This document shows, piece by piece, positions 20,683 to 30,953 of a stretch of DNA of 64,000 bases. The notes beneath the pieces were generated by a model. The model was not told the DNA's origin and made no database searches. It worked only from the letters and a program-made list of their open reading frames with translations. The DNA comes from an uncultured Solirubrobacteraceae bacterium (GTDB taxonomy: Bacteria; Actinomycetota; Thermoleophilia; Solirubrobacterales; Solirubrobacteraceae): positions 219,866-283,865 of the forward strand of contig CAVXEL010000001.1 in NCBI GenBank assembly GCA_963760785.1. The letters run 5' to 3'. Position 1 is the stretch's first letter. Every line of letters begins with the position of its first letter. The translations under genes and the position numbers were made by a program.

Positions 20683-21288
20683 ATGACAGTCAACCTCACC
20701 CGCATCTACACCAAGCTGGGCGACGGCGGCGAGACGCACCTGGGCGACATGAGCCGGGTGTCGAAGCTCCACCCCCGGGTGGAGGCCTACGGGACGGTCG
20801 ACGAGCTGAACGCCGCGATCGGGCTGGCGCTGCTGGCCGAGGGGTTGCCGGCGAGCTTCGCGGCATGGCTGGCGCGCGTGCAGAACGACCTCCTCGACGT
20901 CGGCGCCGACCTGTCGGTGCCCGCCGAGGCGGACGCCGCCGAGCAGGGCCGCGCGCGCCTGCGGGTCGGCCCGGAGTACACCGCCTGGCTGGAGCAGGCA
21001 TGCGACGAGGTCAACGAGACGCTGCCGCCGCTGCGCTCCTTCGTCATCCCCGGAGGCACTCCCGCCGCGGCGCACCTGCACGTCTGCCGGACCGTCTGCC
21101 GGCGCGCCGAGCGTCGCACGATCGCGATCGGCCCGGAGGTCAACCCGGAGGCGGTGCGCTACCTGAACCGGCTGTCGGACCTGCTGTTCATCCTCAGCCG
21201 CGCCGCAAACGCGACCGGGGAGCAGGGCGCCGAGCCGCTGTGGGATCCCGGCGCCCACGGCACCGGCCCGGCCGGGCAGACCGGCTGA
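20683..21288 (+). CDS. pduO: ATP:cob(I)alamin adenosyltransferase, PduO type
   Basis: IYTKLGDGGET, YGTVDELNA, FVIPGG, RTVCRRAER, YLNRLSDLLF. Confidence 0.95.
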   Translation: MTVNLTRIYTKLGDGGETHLGDMSRVSKLHPRVEAYGTVDELNAAIGLALLAEGLPASFAAWLARVQNDLLDVGADLSVPAEADAAEQGRARLRVGPEYTAWLEQACDEVNETLPPLRSFVIPGGTPAAAHLHVCRTVCRRAERRTIAIGPEVNPEAVRYLNRLSDLLFILSRAANATGEQGAEPLWDPGAHGTGPAGQTG

Positions 21289-21345
21289 GCTGCGCCCAGC
21301 TCCCCCGCCCGGGCGGCGCACCCGGGCCGATGTGGACGAGGCGGA

Positions 21346-22071
21346 TCAGGCTGCGCCCGCGGCCGCGTCGACGTCCGGGGCGTCGCGGGTCGGGCGGATC
21401 CGCTCGGCGAGGCGCAGGCCGGCCACGGCCAGCGCCATCCACAGCGAGGCGATGAGGTAGCCGCCCAGCACGTCGCTGGGCATGTGCCAGGCGAGCATCA
21501 GCAGCGAGGCGCCGACGGCGAGCAGGAACAGGGCCCCCACGGACGCGACCGCGGGGCGCAGTCGGGCCGGCGCCACGAGCACGGCGCACAGCACCAGCGC
21601 GGTCGCGGCGGTCGCGTGGCCGCTGGGCCAGGAGGCGGCGTTGATCTGGACGTTGCCGACCCTGTCGTGGGAGTGCGCCAGCAGCGGCTTGAGCTCCTCG
21701 GCGCTGAGCGGCGCGAGGGCCAGCACGCCCAGAACCGCGACGGCGACCCGCGGCCTGTCGCGGGCGACGGCTGTCGCGACGAGCGCGATCGCCCAGAGGA
21801 TGAACAGGGCGGGATCCAGCAGGTGCAGCAGGAAACGCGCGATCGAGTCCAGCCGCGGACGGCTCAGCGTCGTGAATTCGTACAGCGCGACGGCGTCCTT
21901 CAGGTGCACGGCCGGCACGAGCTCCGCGACGGCCCAGACGCCGGCGAGCGCCAGCGCGCAGGCGCCGGCCAGGGCGAGTGCGTTCAGGGGACTGGCCGCG
22001 GCCCGTGACGGCGCGCGTCCCGCAAGCAGCCGCGGGCGGGCCGATCCGGCGGTGAAAGCGTGTTCGCTCAT
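21346..22071 (-). CDS. PAP2-family membrane phosphatase
   Basis: LKPLLAHSH, SWPSGHA, WHMPSDVLGG; several TM segments. Confidence 0.88.
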   Translation of the reverse strand: MSEHAFTAGSARPRLLAGRAPSRAAASPLNALALAGACALALAGVWAVAELVPAVHLKDAVALYEFTTLSRPRLDSIARFLLHLLDPALFILWAIALVATAVARDRPRVAVAVLGVLALAPLSAEELKPLLAHSHDRVGNVQINAASWPSGHATAATALVLCAVLVAPARLRPAVASVGALFLLAVGASLLMLAWHMPSDVLGGYLIASLWMALAVAGLRLAERIRPTRDAPDVDAAAGAA

Positions 22072-22142
22072 CCCGAGAAGGTTAGGGCGAATGCTACGAG
22101 GCCCTGAAACCGAGGACGGGGCCCGGACGGGTCCGGGCGGTC

Positions 22143-23810
22143 TCAGCCGCCGACGGGCTCGATCGGGAACGGCCTGCCGGCCAGCCCTGTCAGCGCCTGG
22201 GCGGTGACCCACACGGGGGTCTGGGAGCCGGTGCGGGAGTAGCGCACGCTCCCGTCGGCCCCCACCAGGCTCTCCAGGTAGGCGATCGGGCTGCGGCTGC
22301 CCCGCCGGGTCACGGCTCCAGGCGCGCGCCCCGCCGCGACGAGGGCCTGGATCGCCCAAGCGGTCGACTGCGCGTTGGACGTCCCGGCGGACTGCTGCGG
22401 AAACCCGCCATCGAGGTTCTGGGAGCGCGCCAGGAAGCCGACGGCGCGGGACACGCGCCGCGTGCCAGCGCGGCCCGGCGACGGCGAGCGCCTGCACGAC
22501 GGCGGCCGTGTCGTCCACGTCGCTGCCGCCGCCCCTGGTCGGCGAAGCCGAAGCCGCCGTCGGCGTCCTGCTGGCGGGCGAGCCAGCGGGCCGCGCCGGC
22601 GATGGTCGGCGAGGTGGCGGGGTATCCCGCCGCGCGAAGGGCGAGCACGGCGAAGGCCGTGAGGTTGGACAGGCCGCCGAAGGAGCCGTCGGAGCCGCGG
22701 AGGCGCAGCAGCCGGCTCACCGGATCGCCACCGGGCAGCGAATGGACCGAGGCACCACAGGCCCGCAGGGCGAGGATCGTGCGCTCGAGGTCGCCGGCGC
22801 CCTGCAGGCTGCCCGCGCTCGGCGCGCAGCGATCGAGCACCGTGTGCCCGTCGCGACGCACCGCCAGGGGGCTCCTGCCGGCGGCGGCCATGCCGATCGC
22901 GGCCCAGGCCGAGTAGAGCTCGCTGCTGGCCTGCCCCGGGGCGGCGCCGAAGCCGCCGTCGGCGTTCTGCGCGCCGGCGAGGTAGGAGAGCTCGCGCCCG
23001 ACCGCCACGCGTGCGGCCCGCGCTCGCGGCTGCAGGCGCGCCTGCGGTCCCGGTCGTCTGGGTCGCGCCGGCGCAGGCGCTGAGGCCGAGCACCAGCGCG
23101 GGAACGCACAGCAGCGCGAGGACGCCGGCGAGCGGGACCGCCCAGCACCCGGTCGAGGCGGCGGCGGGCGCGGGCTGGGCCCGCGCTGCGCCGGCGGGCC
23201 CTGCCAGCTCACCTGCAGGCGGCGTCGGACGCGCAGGAGCATGCGCAGCAGCGCCGCCCCGAAAGCCAGGCCGAAGGCGAAGCTGGCGATGACGTGGGTG
23301 AGGTCGAAGGCCAGCGCGGTGCCCAGCACCACGCCGAAGCCCGGCCAGGCTGTGGCTGCCGGTGCCCGTCCAGGTGTAGAGGTCGACGACCAGGTTGAAC
23401 AGCCTCGGCGGCGAGCGGCGCAGGCGAGGGCCAGCGACCAGCGGCGAGGGACGCGCGACCCGACAGGCGTCCCAGCCCGCGCCCCGGCGAGACCCGACGA
23501 GGCCCCAGCCGAGCATCTGCCAGGGCGTCCAGGGCCCCTCGCCGAGCAGCACGTTGGAGGCCAGACCCGCGATCGCGCCGACGGCGAAGCCGGGTCGTGC
23601 GCCGAAGGCGACGCCGCTGACCAGCACGATCGCCGTGATCGGCTTGACGTCGGGGATCGCCGCGAAGGCGTCGCGGCCGAGCGCCGCCAGCGCGGCGAGC
23701 GTCGCGACGATCGCCACCAGCTTGGCCGGGCGGGCGGCTGCGCTCGTACCACCAGAACGCGCCGGCCAGCGAGGCGAGACGATCGCGAAGGAGGCCAGCT
23801 GCCAGCTCAC
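22143..23810 (-). CDS. ECF S-component (CbrT-like) apparently fused to a prenyltransferase/squalene-cyclase-repeat barrel (frameshifted)
   Basis: PDVKPITAIVLVSG, GPWTPWQM, FDLTHVIAS; then YLAGAQNADGGFG, WLARQQDADGGFG, FLARSQNLDGGFP, YLESLVGADGS. Confidence 0.8.
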   Translation of the reverse strand: MSWQLASFAIVSPRWPARSGGTSAAARPAKLVAIVATLAALAALGRDAFAAIPDVKPITAIVLVSGVAFGARPGFAVGAIAGLASNVLLGEGPWTPWQMLGWGLVGSRRGAGWDACRVARPSPLVAGPRLRRSPPRLFNLVVDLYTWTGTGSHSLAGLRRGAGHRAGLRPHPRHRQLRLRPGFRGGAAAHAPARPTPPAGELAGPAGAARAQPAPAAASTGCWAVPLAGVLALLCVPALVLGLSACAGATQTTGTAGAPAAASAGRTRGGRARALLPRRRAERRRRLRRRPGAGQQRALLGLGRDRHGRRRQEPPGGASRRAHGARSLRAERGQPAGRRRPRAHDPRPAGLWCLGPFAARWRSGEPAAAPPRLRRLLRRPVQPHGLRRARPSRGGIPRHLADHRRRGPLARPPAGRRRRLRLRRPGAAAATWTTRPPSCRRSPSPGRAGTRRVSRAVGFLARSQNLDGGFPQQSAGTSNAQSTAWAIQALVAAGRAPGAVTRRGSRSPIAYLESLVGADGSVRYSRTGSQTPVWVTAQALTGLAGRPFPIEPVGG

Positions 23811-25481
23811 CGACCCGCCACCACTCTCTCCGACGCGCCCGACGCGGGCGCTCCGGGCCGGGCCGTGCAGCAGCGCCGCGCCTTCGGCCGGGCAGCAGCG
23901 CGCCGCCCGCGCCGTCGAGGATCCGGGCGGTCTCCGTGGCGAAGTACCAGCCGCCCGCCAGGATCTCCTCGATGCGGGCCGTCGGCGATCACGCGGCCGT
24001 CTGCCAGCAGGACGGCCCGCCGGCGCGAGCTCGGCCGCGAACTCGGCGTCGTGGGTCGCCACGATCACCGCCATGCCGGCGGCGGCCCGCTCGCGCAGCC
24101 AGCCCGCGAGCTCGGCCTTGGCGCCCGGTCCATGCCGCGGGTCGGCTCGTCGAGCGCGAGCGTCGCCGGCTGGCTGCTCGCCGCCGAGCACGATCGCCAG
24201 CGCCAGTCGCTGGCGCTCCCCGCCGGACAGGTCACGTGGATGTGCGCCCGCCAAGGCCGCTCAGGCCGACGAGCTCGAGCAGCTCGGGCGGCGCCTCCTG
24301 CGCGACGCGCTCGTGCAGGAAGTAGTCGCCCGGGTTCTGCAGCAGCAGCGCCAGCCTTCCCGCCCGCCGCACGCTGCCCCGCGTGGGCTCGAGCAGTCCG
24401 GCGGCGTGGCGCAGCAGCGTCGACTTGCCCGCGCCGTTGCGGCCCATCAGCGCGACCGCCTCGCCGCGGCGCGACGGTCAGCTCGACGCCCCTGAGGATC
24501 GCCGGCCCGTCGCGCAGCTCGTGCCAGACCCCGCGCAGCTGCAGCGCGGCGGCGCCGGCTCCGCCGCGCGCCGCGCGCAGGCGGGCGCGCGAGCGCCGGC
24601 GGGTCGCTCGCGCCGGGGACGGCGGGGTCGCCGGCGGCGGGGACGGGCAGCAGGCCGTGGCGGCGGAGCAGCGGCGCGGGCCTGCTTGACGCCGGCGGGC
24701 GGCGGCGCGAGGCCGACGCCGGCGATCAGCCGCGCGGCGGGCGTCTGCAGCGCCGGCGCGTTCGACGCGGCCCATTCCTGAAAGCCGCGCGGGCCGCTGT
24801 CGCAGACGACCCGTCCGGCGCTCCAGCGCGATCACCCTGTCGGCGGCCGCGAGGCAGCGCTCGAGACGATGCTCGATCAGCAGCACGGCGGTGTCGGACT
24901 CCTGGTTCGAGCCGGCGCAGCTGCCAGATCAGCTCGTCGCCCGCGACCGGGTCGAGCTGGGATGTCGGCTCGTCGAGCAGCACCAGCTGCGGGCGTGCCA
25001 CGAGCGCCGCCGCCAGCGCGACGCGCTGCAGCTCGCCCCGGAGAGCTCGCGCGGTCGGGCGGTCCAGCAGGTGGCCGATGCCCAGCGCGAGGGCGGACTC
25101 CTCGACCGCCCTGGCGACGGCCGCGCCGGCGCGGCCGAGGTTCTCGACGCGCCAGCGCGAGCTCGGCGCGCACGGTGCTCATCACGACCTGGCTCTCGGG
25201 GTCCTGCAGCAGCGTCCCGGCGACGCGCGCCGATCGCGGCGGGGCCGTGCTCGCGCGTGTCCAGGCCGGCGACCGGTCACGGCGCCCGAGAACTCGCCGC
25301 CATGGAAATGCGGGACGAGCCCGGCGGCGGCGCGCAGCAGCGTCGACTTGCCCGACCCCGAGCCACCCGCCACGACGCAGAACTCGCCCGGCTCGAGCGC
25401 CAGGCTGACCTCGCGCAGGGCGGGCTGCGCGCCGCGCCGGGGTAGCGGTAGGAGACCCGCTCGAAGCTCAGCGACGCTCAT
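23807..25481 (-). CDS. ECF transporter ATPase with two ABC domains (frameshifted)
   Basis: GGSGSGKSTLL, LLDEPTSQLDP, GRNGAGKSTLL, LSGGERQR, DEPTRGMD, ATHD. Confidence 0.88.
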
Positions 25482-26395
25482 GGCTCGATCCCTCTGCGGT
25501 CGGCGAACGGGGCCAGCGCCAGCGCGCAGCATCAGCCCGCCGCGGCGAGCGTGGCCGGCGTGAGGCGCGAAGGAGACGAGCGGGTAGGCGTGGAAGCGCG
25601 CCGCGCCGCCGAGCGGGCGAGCGAGCGCCAGCGCGAGGATCGCGCCGCGCCGCGGCGGCGAAGGCGAGGTCGTGGCGCGAGCGCGGCGCGCGGCGCGGGC
25701 GCGCGCCCGTCGGGCGCCGCGCCGTAGCCGCGCATCTCGAGCACCGCGGCGACGTCCAGCGAGCGCTCCAGCGCGCCCGCGACCGTCGCGCGCAGGATCG
25801 CCAGCCTGCCCCGCGCGCCGCGGGCGCCGCCGTCGGGGCGGCAGCGCTGGGCCTCGGCGAGGCGCCGCGCGTCCTGCCCGAGCACGGGCAGCAGGCGGGT
25901 CGCAAGGCGGCCGTCAGCGCCGAGCGGGGCGAGACGCGGCGCAGCGCCAGCAGCAGCTCGTCGGGGTCGGCCGCGCAGACGACGAGCAGGCAGGCCAGGC
26001 TGACGACGAGCAGCCGCAGGGCGAAGACGGCCCGTAGACGACCGCCTCGACGGTCAGGTTCTCCTGCCCCAGCGGGCCCCATTCGCCCAGGCGGGCGAAC
26101 ACGGTGAGCCCCTGGCGGCTGACCAGCACGTTGACCAGCACCGCCATCAGCACGATCGGCAGCATCGCTCGCGCGGGCCGCGCCGAGCAGCTGCGCGCCC
26201 GACCCCCGAGGCAGCCGCGGCGAGCAGCACCGACGGCCAGCAGCGCCGCCGAGCAGCACGGGGTCTTCGACGATCAGCGCGGCGCAGTCGCCAGCGCCGC
26301 GCCGTAGGCGCGCCGCGATCGGTGCCGCGGGCGGCATGAAGCGGGCTCGCCCGACGCCGGTAGGCGATGCGGGCGGCCGCGTCGAGCGTCCTCAT
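25478..26395 (-). CDS. ecfT: ECF transporter T component (CbiQ/EcfT; frameshifted)
   Basis: YRRRASPLHA, DPDELL, ALERSLDVAAVLEMRGYG. Confidence 0.82.
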
Positions 26396-27320
26396 CCGCT
26401 CGCCTCGGGCAGCGGGATCGGCCCGCCGGGTGTCACGGCGAGCGCGAAGCGGTGTCGCAGAGTCGCTTCGCTTCGAAGTCTCGCGGCGGCAGCGTGCAGG
26501 CCCGCCTCGTCGGTGCCCGTGACGACCCAGGCGGGCGACTGTTCGCCCTGGCGCGTGGCAGCGATCAGGCCCGCCGAGGAGCCGAGCGTGCGCGACGGCT
26601 CGCCCGTTCTGATCGAGCAGCGTGAGGCTGGCCCCGTTGCGGGGGAAGGTCGCGTAGACGCCGCTGGTGTGGGGGCCCGCTTCGATCCCGGCGACGGCCG
26701 GGTCGACCCGCACGGAGGGCCACGGCCCGACCAGCACGCGAAGCGTCTGCGGGCCGCCTTCGGGGCTGATGCGCCCGTCGCGGCGGGAACCCCCGCGGCC
26801 TGCAGCCGCGAGCTGACTGTGCTGCAGGCGCATCGGCCTTCGCGCATTCGACCCGCACGGGCAGGCGCTTGCCGTCCAGGCCGTTCAGGAACGGCTCGGG
26901 GAAGGAGCCGACGACGGCGGGCACGTCCTCGGTCTGGCTCCAGTCGTGCAGGTCCCACCAGATGTGGTCGCCGGGATGGACGTTCGTGGCGGCCGCGCCC
27001 TTGGCCGCCTGGACGCCGTTGACGTAGTAGAACCAGTCGATCGGCGCTCCCCCTTGCTGCCCGCCCGATAGGCCGTCGATCGCCTGCACGAAGCCGCCGC
27101 CGAAGCGAGTGCTGACGGCGTAGTTGCGCAGGAGCAGGCTCATCACCGTTTCCTGGCCCGCCGTGCGCGGATGACCGGCTTCGTGCAGCACGCGATCGCC
27201 GAAGCCCGTCGTGACCAGCAGGCTGACCGCCCGCGGCGCCGGTCCGGCCCCGAGCCCGCAGCCCGACAGCGCCAGCAGGCAGCCGAGCAGGAGCGGCAGC
27301 TGTGATGGAAGCCCCCTCAC
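26392..27320 (-). CDS. DUF4430 (transcobalamin beta-domain-like) lipoprotein (frameshifted)
   Basis: Lipobox LSGC; GGGFVQAIDG, DWFYYVNG, GDHIWWD. Confidence 0.82.
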
Positions 27321-28120
27321 CGCACCTGGATCGTCTCCGGGAACGACGGGACCGATCCCGCCCGCGACGCGCTGAGCGCATAGCGGCCCGCCGCTGAGGG
27401 GGCGCGCAGCGTCGCCCGCCCCGCGGCCCCCGTCGTGGCTGAGCTGCCCGCCACCCGCACGCGCGCTCCCGACATCGGCTTGCCTCGGCCTTCGTTGTCG
27501 TAGCCCGTCACGCTGACCGTCAGCCGACCGCCGCGAGCGACGGAGGAGGACGCGCTGACTTCCAGCGTGCGCTGGCAGCCGCCCGCGAACGCCCCGCACC
27601 AGAACCACAGCACCCGTTGACCGGATCTGAGCAGCCGCCCGTCGCCCTGCGGGCCGCTCGGATCGCCCGCCCCTGTGCTGCCTGAGAGGTTGCCGACCTT
27701 GTACTCCCACCCGTTCTGGCCATGGTTGGTCTCGCCGTCGAGGGAGTACACGAACAGCTCCCCCGAGCCGCTGTCGGAGGCGCCGCAACGGCCGTAGTCG
27801 CGGATCGCGAAGCCCGGTCCTCCGGCCCGGCGCAGGTCGGCCAGGGCGGCGAGCGGCGTGCCCGCGGCGACGCCGCAGCTGCGCCCGCCGACCCGGACGC
27901 TGACGGCGGAGGCGAGGATCGTGCGCGCCGGCGAGAGGATCACGTTGCCCGCGCCGACCACCATCGTCTGCACCGCCGGGGCGGACGCCGAGACGAGCGC
28001 GCTCGGACCCGCCTGGCCGCGGCCGGCGCTCGCCGCGGCCGCGGGCAGCGCGCACGCGGCCGTGATCGCCCCGACCGCCAGTGCCCAGCGGAGAGCCCCG
28101 GGGAGCCTCCTAGCCGACAT
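27317..28120 (-). CDS. Secreted DUF4430-like protein with C-terminal Ig-like domain
   Basis: Signal peptide; TPLAAL, LFVYSLDG, GWEYKV, GQRVLWFW. Confidence 0.75.
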   Translation of the reverse strand: MSARRLPGALRWALAVGAITAACALPAAAASAGRGQAGPSALVSASAPAVQTMVVGAGNVILSPARTILASAVSVRVGGRSCGVAAGTPLAALADLRRAGGPGFAIRDYGRCGASDSGSGELFVYSLDGETNHGQNGWEYKVGNLSGSTGAGDPSGPQGDGRLLRSGQRVLWFWCGAFAGGCQRTLEVSASSSVARGGRLTVSVTGYDNEGRGKPMSGARVRVAGSSATTGAAGRATLRAPSAAGRYALSASRAGSVPSFPETIQVR

Positions 28121-29333
28121 AGAAGACCAGCCGGGAGGTGCCGCGTGCCAGCGCGACGGTGTTGCCCGCCACGTCCCGCGCGGTCACGTCGAGCACGTAG
28201 CGCCCGGGTGCCAGCGCGGCCGGCAGCAGGTAGGAGAAGCCGGCAGCGGCGGAGGCCTGGAAAGGCTTGCCGGTCGCGCAGCGCGCCTTCAGGAACTCCT
28301 CGCGCAGTCCGTCGTAGGCCCAGCAGCGCCCGCGGTAGCTACGGCGGAGCGTCAGGCTGACCGACGTGACGCCGCTGTGGGCGTGGATCGTCCCCGCCAG
28401 CACGCGAGGCGCCCGCCCGCGGGGGTAGTGGTGGCCGTCGAGGACGCTGGTCACCGCGGCGACCAGCGCGTAGGGGCCCTTGTAGGGGGTGCTCGCGGCT
28501 TTGTACCCGGCCACCCCCGAGCCGGTCGAGCCAGTCGGCGCGCTGCCACACGCTGTTTCGCCGGGGTTGTGCACGCAGACGACCAAGCCGTTGGAGCGGA
28601 CCGAGTCCGAGCGGCTCGCCTTGAGGGTGAACGTCCCGGCGTGGGTGAGCGTCAGGCTCGCGTTCCCGCTCGCGTCGGTGGGGGCGCTTCCCGGCAGCGT
28701 GCCGGTCAGGCCCGCGGTGTCTTCGCCGACGCTCGCGCCGGAGATCGCTTCGCCGTTCTGGCCGTCGACGACGTGAACGGTGAAGGGGCTACCCGCCTGC
28801 ACACTTGCCGGCCCGGAGATCCGCAGCAGGTGAGTGAGGTTGAAGAAGTTGTAGGCCCAGAGCACTTCGACTCCGGGTTCCACAGCGACCTCGCAGCCGC
28901 CGACTTCGGATGACTTGTAGTTAACGGCCAGCCCCCACGAGTCATACGGCGGGGTGCTTTCGTCCTTGTCTGAGCCGACCTGGGTGATGAAGAAGTCACC
29001 CGGCTTTCCTTCTTCGCCGAACCAGGTCGCGTCGAATTCGAGGCCCGCCGCCAGGGCGGCGTCGTGCAGCGCCGTCGTGGGACCACCGACCGCGCCGACG
29101 GTGCCGGCGTTCACGCCGCCGTTTTCAAGGTAGTTGCACGGGTGAGATCCTTTGCTGGAGGGCGTCTGGATCGTCTCGGGACCCGTGGTCACGGGTCCTT
29201 CGAAGAAGGTCTTCGAGGACCCCTCGACGCGTAGCTGCACCGACGTCGTCGCGGCGAGCGAATCGCCGCAGATGACTGCCGGCACGATCACGGCGGCGCA
29301 GAACGCCAGCCGCAGAGAACGAAACGAATTCAT
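28110..29333 (-). CDS. Secreted DUF4430-like protein with additional beta domains
   Basis: Signal peptide; VQLRVEG, PTTALHDA, FFITQVG, SWGLAVN, GVEVLWAY; first gene after the riboswitch. Confidence 0.78.
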   Translation of the reverse strand: MNSFRSLRLAFCAAVIVPAVICGDSLAATTSVQLRVEGSSKTFFEGPVTTGPETIQTPSSKGSHPCNYLENGGVNAGTVGAVGGPTTALHDAALAAGLEFDATWFGEEGKPGDFFITQVGSDKDESTPPYDSWGLAVNYKSSEVGGCEVAVEPGVEVLWAYNFFNLTHLLRISGPASVQAGSPFTVHVVDGQNGEAISGASVGEDTAGLTGTLPGSAPTDASGNASLTLTHAGTFTLKASRSDSVRSNGLVVCVHNPGETACGSAPTGSTGSGVAGYKAASTPYKGPYALVAAVTSVLDGHHYPRGRAPRVLAGTIHAHSGVTSVSLTLRRSYRGRCWAYDGLREEFLKARCATGKPFQASAAAGFSYLLPAALAPGRYVLDVTARDVAGNTVALARGTSRLVFYVG

Positions 29334-29373
29334 TGAGCCAACCCCTTTCCACGAGGGCTTGTGGGCTTCGGCC

Positions 29374-29540
29374 GGAGGCAGGTCTCCTGGCTCCCGGGCC
29401 TACCCTCCGCGCCTTCCCATCCCGCCTGTGGCGGTCCAGTGGCTCGCGCTCTGTGAACGCGCTGCGGCTGGCATCCCCGGTAACAGTGGCGGGTCCGCGC
29501 CGGATTCGCACCGGCTTCCCTTGACCACCGACCTATGGAC
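29374..29540 (-). promoter_or_regulatory. Cobalamin (B12) riboswitch
   Basis: Minus strand: aagggaagccggtgcgaatccggcgcggacccgccactgt...gccactg...gggaaggc...gagccaggagacctgcc, the canonical B12-element blocks. Confidence 0.95.
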
Positions 29541-29549
29541 GGGCGGAGT

Positions 29550-29888
29550 CTACTCGCTGGGGGACGAACCCTGCCCCTCGACGGCCGACTTCAGACGTCC
29601 AAGCCGCGCCCCCCAAGCCGTCTCAGCCGCGTCCAGCCAGGCCGCAGCCGGAGCGAGCGCCTCACCCCTGAGCCGGTAGCGCACCTCGCGACCGGGAGAG
29701 GGCATTCGCTCCAGCAGTCCCGCCTCGTTCAGCGTCGCGAGGTGCTTGGCCACGGCCTGGCGGCTGATGGGCAGGTCGGCTGTCAGCGCGGGCACGCTGG
29801 TCGAGCCGTCGCGCAGCAGCGCCTGCACCATCGTCCGCCTGGTCGGGTCGGCAAGGGCGGCGAAGACGCTGCCGACCTGGTCGCTCAA
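29550..29888 (-). CDS. ArsR/SmtB-family transcriptional regulator
   Basis: VFAALADPTRR, ISRQAVAKHLATLNEAGL, GREVRYRL; TTG start overlaps the upstream stop. Confidence 0.92.
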   Translation of the reverse strand: MSDQVGSVFAALADPTRRTMVQALLRDGSTSVPALTADLPISRQAVAKHLATLNEAGLLERMPSPGREVRYRLRGEALAPAAAWLDAAETAWGARLGRLKSAVEGQGSSPSE

Positions 29889-30192
29889 GCCGCCACCAGC
29901 GACAGGCTCGCCACCATCGCCGCGAGTGGAAAGCGGGGTGCGGTCTCGACCACGACCACGCGACTGCCGGCCGGCATGGCGAGGATGCGGAAGTCGACCC
30001 TGGTCGCGGGCTCCTCCGGCGAGGCCCACCACCACACCAGCCGGCTGGGGGATCGGCCTGCTCGATGTGGATCTCCCGGTCGGGCTCATCGAGCCATCGC
30101 TCCCTGCCCTCCTGGGTGACCAGCGCCTCCCAGACCTCCTCGGGCGAGGCGTCCACCTCGACCTCTCTGCGGACCTCCGTCTGGCTTTCCAT
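29885..30192 (-). CDS. SRPBCC (AHSA1/START-like) domain protein (one indel)
   Basis: VRREVEVDASPEEVWEAL...RLVWWW...TRVDFRI. Confidence 0.8.
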
Positions 30193-30205
30193 CACCGTCG
30201 CCTCC

Positions 30206-30253
30206 TTGACAACCAACTGGTTGCTATTGTGCTTGACAACCTTCCAGTTGTCG
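30206..30253. promoter_or_regulatory. Two tandem palindromic boxes, putative ArsR operators
   Basis: TTGACAACCaactGGTTGcta (30206-30226) and TTGACAACCttccAGTTGTCg (30233-30253), 27-bp period, between divergent SRPBCC and clpP. Confidence 0.7.
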
Positions 30254-30268
30254 AAAGGATAGCCCACC

Positions 30269-30910
30269 ATGTCACTGATCCCGATGGTCGTCGAGCAGAG
30301 CCCCAGGGGAGAGCGCTCCTTCGACATCTACTCCCGCCTGCTGAACGAGCGGATCGTCTTCATCGGCACCCCCGTGGACGACCAGGTCGCCAACCTCGTG
30401 GTCGCCCAGCTCCTGCACCTGGAGAGCGAGGACGACCAGAAGGACGTCTCCCTCTACATCAACTCCCCGGGCGGGATCGTCTACTCGGGCCTTGCCATCT
30501 ACGACACGATGCAGTTCATCAAGCCCGACGTGCAGACGATCTGCTTCGGGGTCGCGATGAGCATGGGCTCGCTGCTGCTGGCCGGCGGCGCGCCGGGCAA
30601 GCGCATGGCCCTGCCCAACAGCCGGATCCTGATCCACCAGCCCTCGGGCGGCTTCGAAGGCCAGGCGGCCGACATCGAGATCCACGCCCGCGAGACGCTG
30701 GAGCTGCGCCGCCACATCGATGAGATCTACGCCCAGCACAGCGGCCAGACACTCGAGCGCGTCCACGACGACATGGACCGCGACCGCTACTTCACGGCCG
30801 AGCAGGCCCGGGACTACGGGCTGATCGACCGGGTGATCTCCTCGCACGAGCTCAACCGCGTTCCCACCGGCTTCGCCACGCGGGAGGCCGCGGCGGGAGC
30901 GCCGGGCTGA
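30269..30910 (+). CDS. clpP: ATP-dependent Clp protease proteolytic subunit
   Basis: [25 protein letters not shown] (catalytic Ser), IHQPSGG (His), DRDRYF (Asp). Confidence 0.97.
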   Translation: MSLIPMVVEQSPRGERSFDIYSRLLNERIVFIGTPVDDQVANLVVAQLLHLESEDDQKDVSLYINSPGGIVYSGLAIYDTMQFIKPDVQTICFGVAMSMGSLLLAGGAPGKRMALPNSRILIHQPSGGFEGQAADIEIHARETLELRRHIDEIYAQHSGQTLERVHDDMDRDRYFTAEQARDYGLIDRVISSHELNRVPTGFATREAAAGAPG

Positions 30911-30953
30911 GGGGCGCGCCCGCAGTAACACTCGAACGCAAGCCCCTCACACG

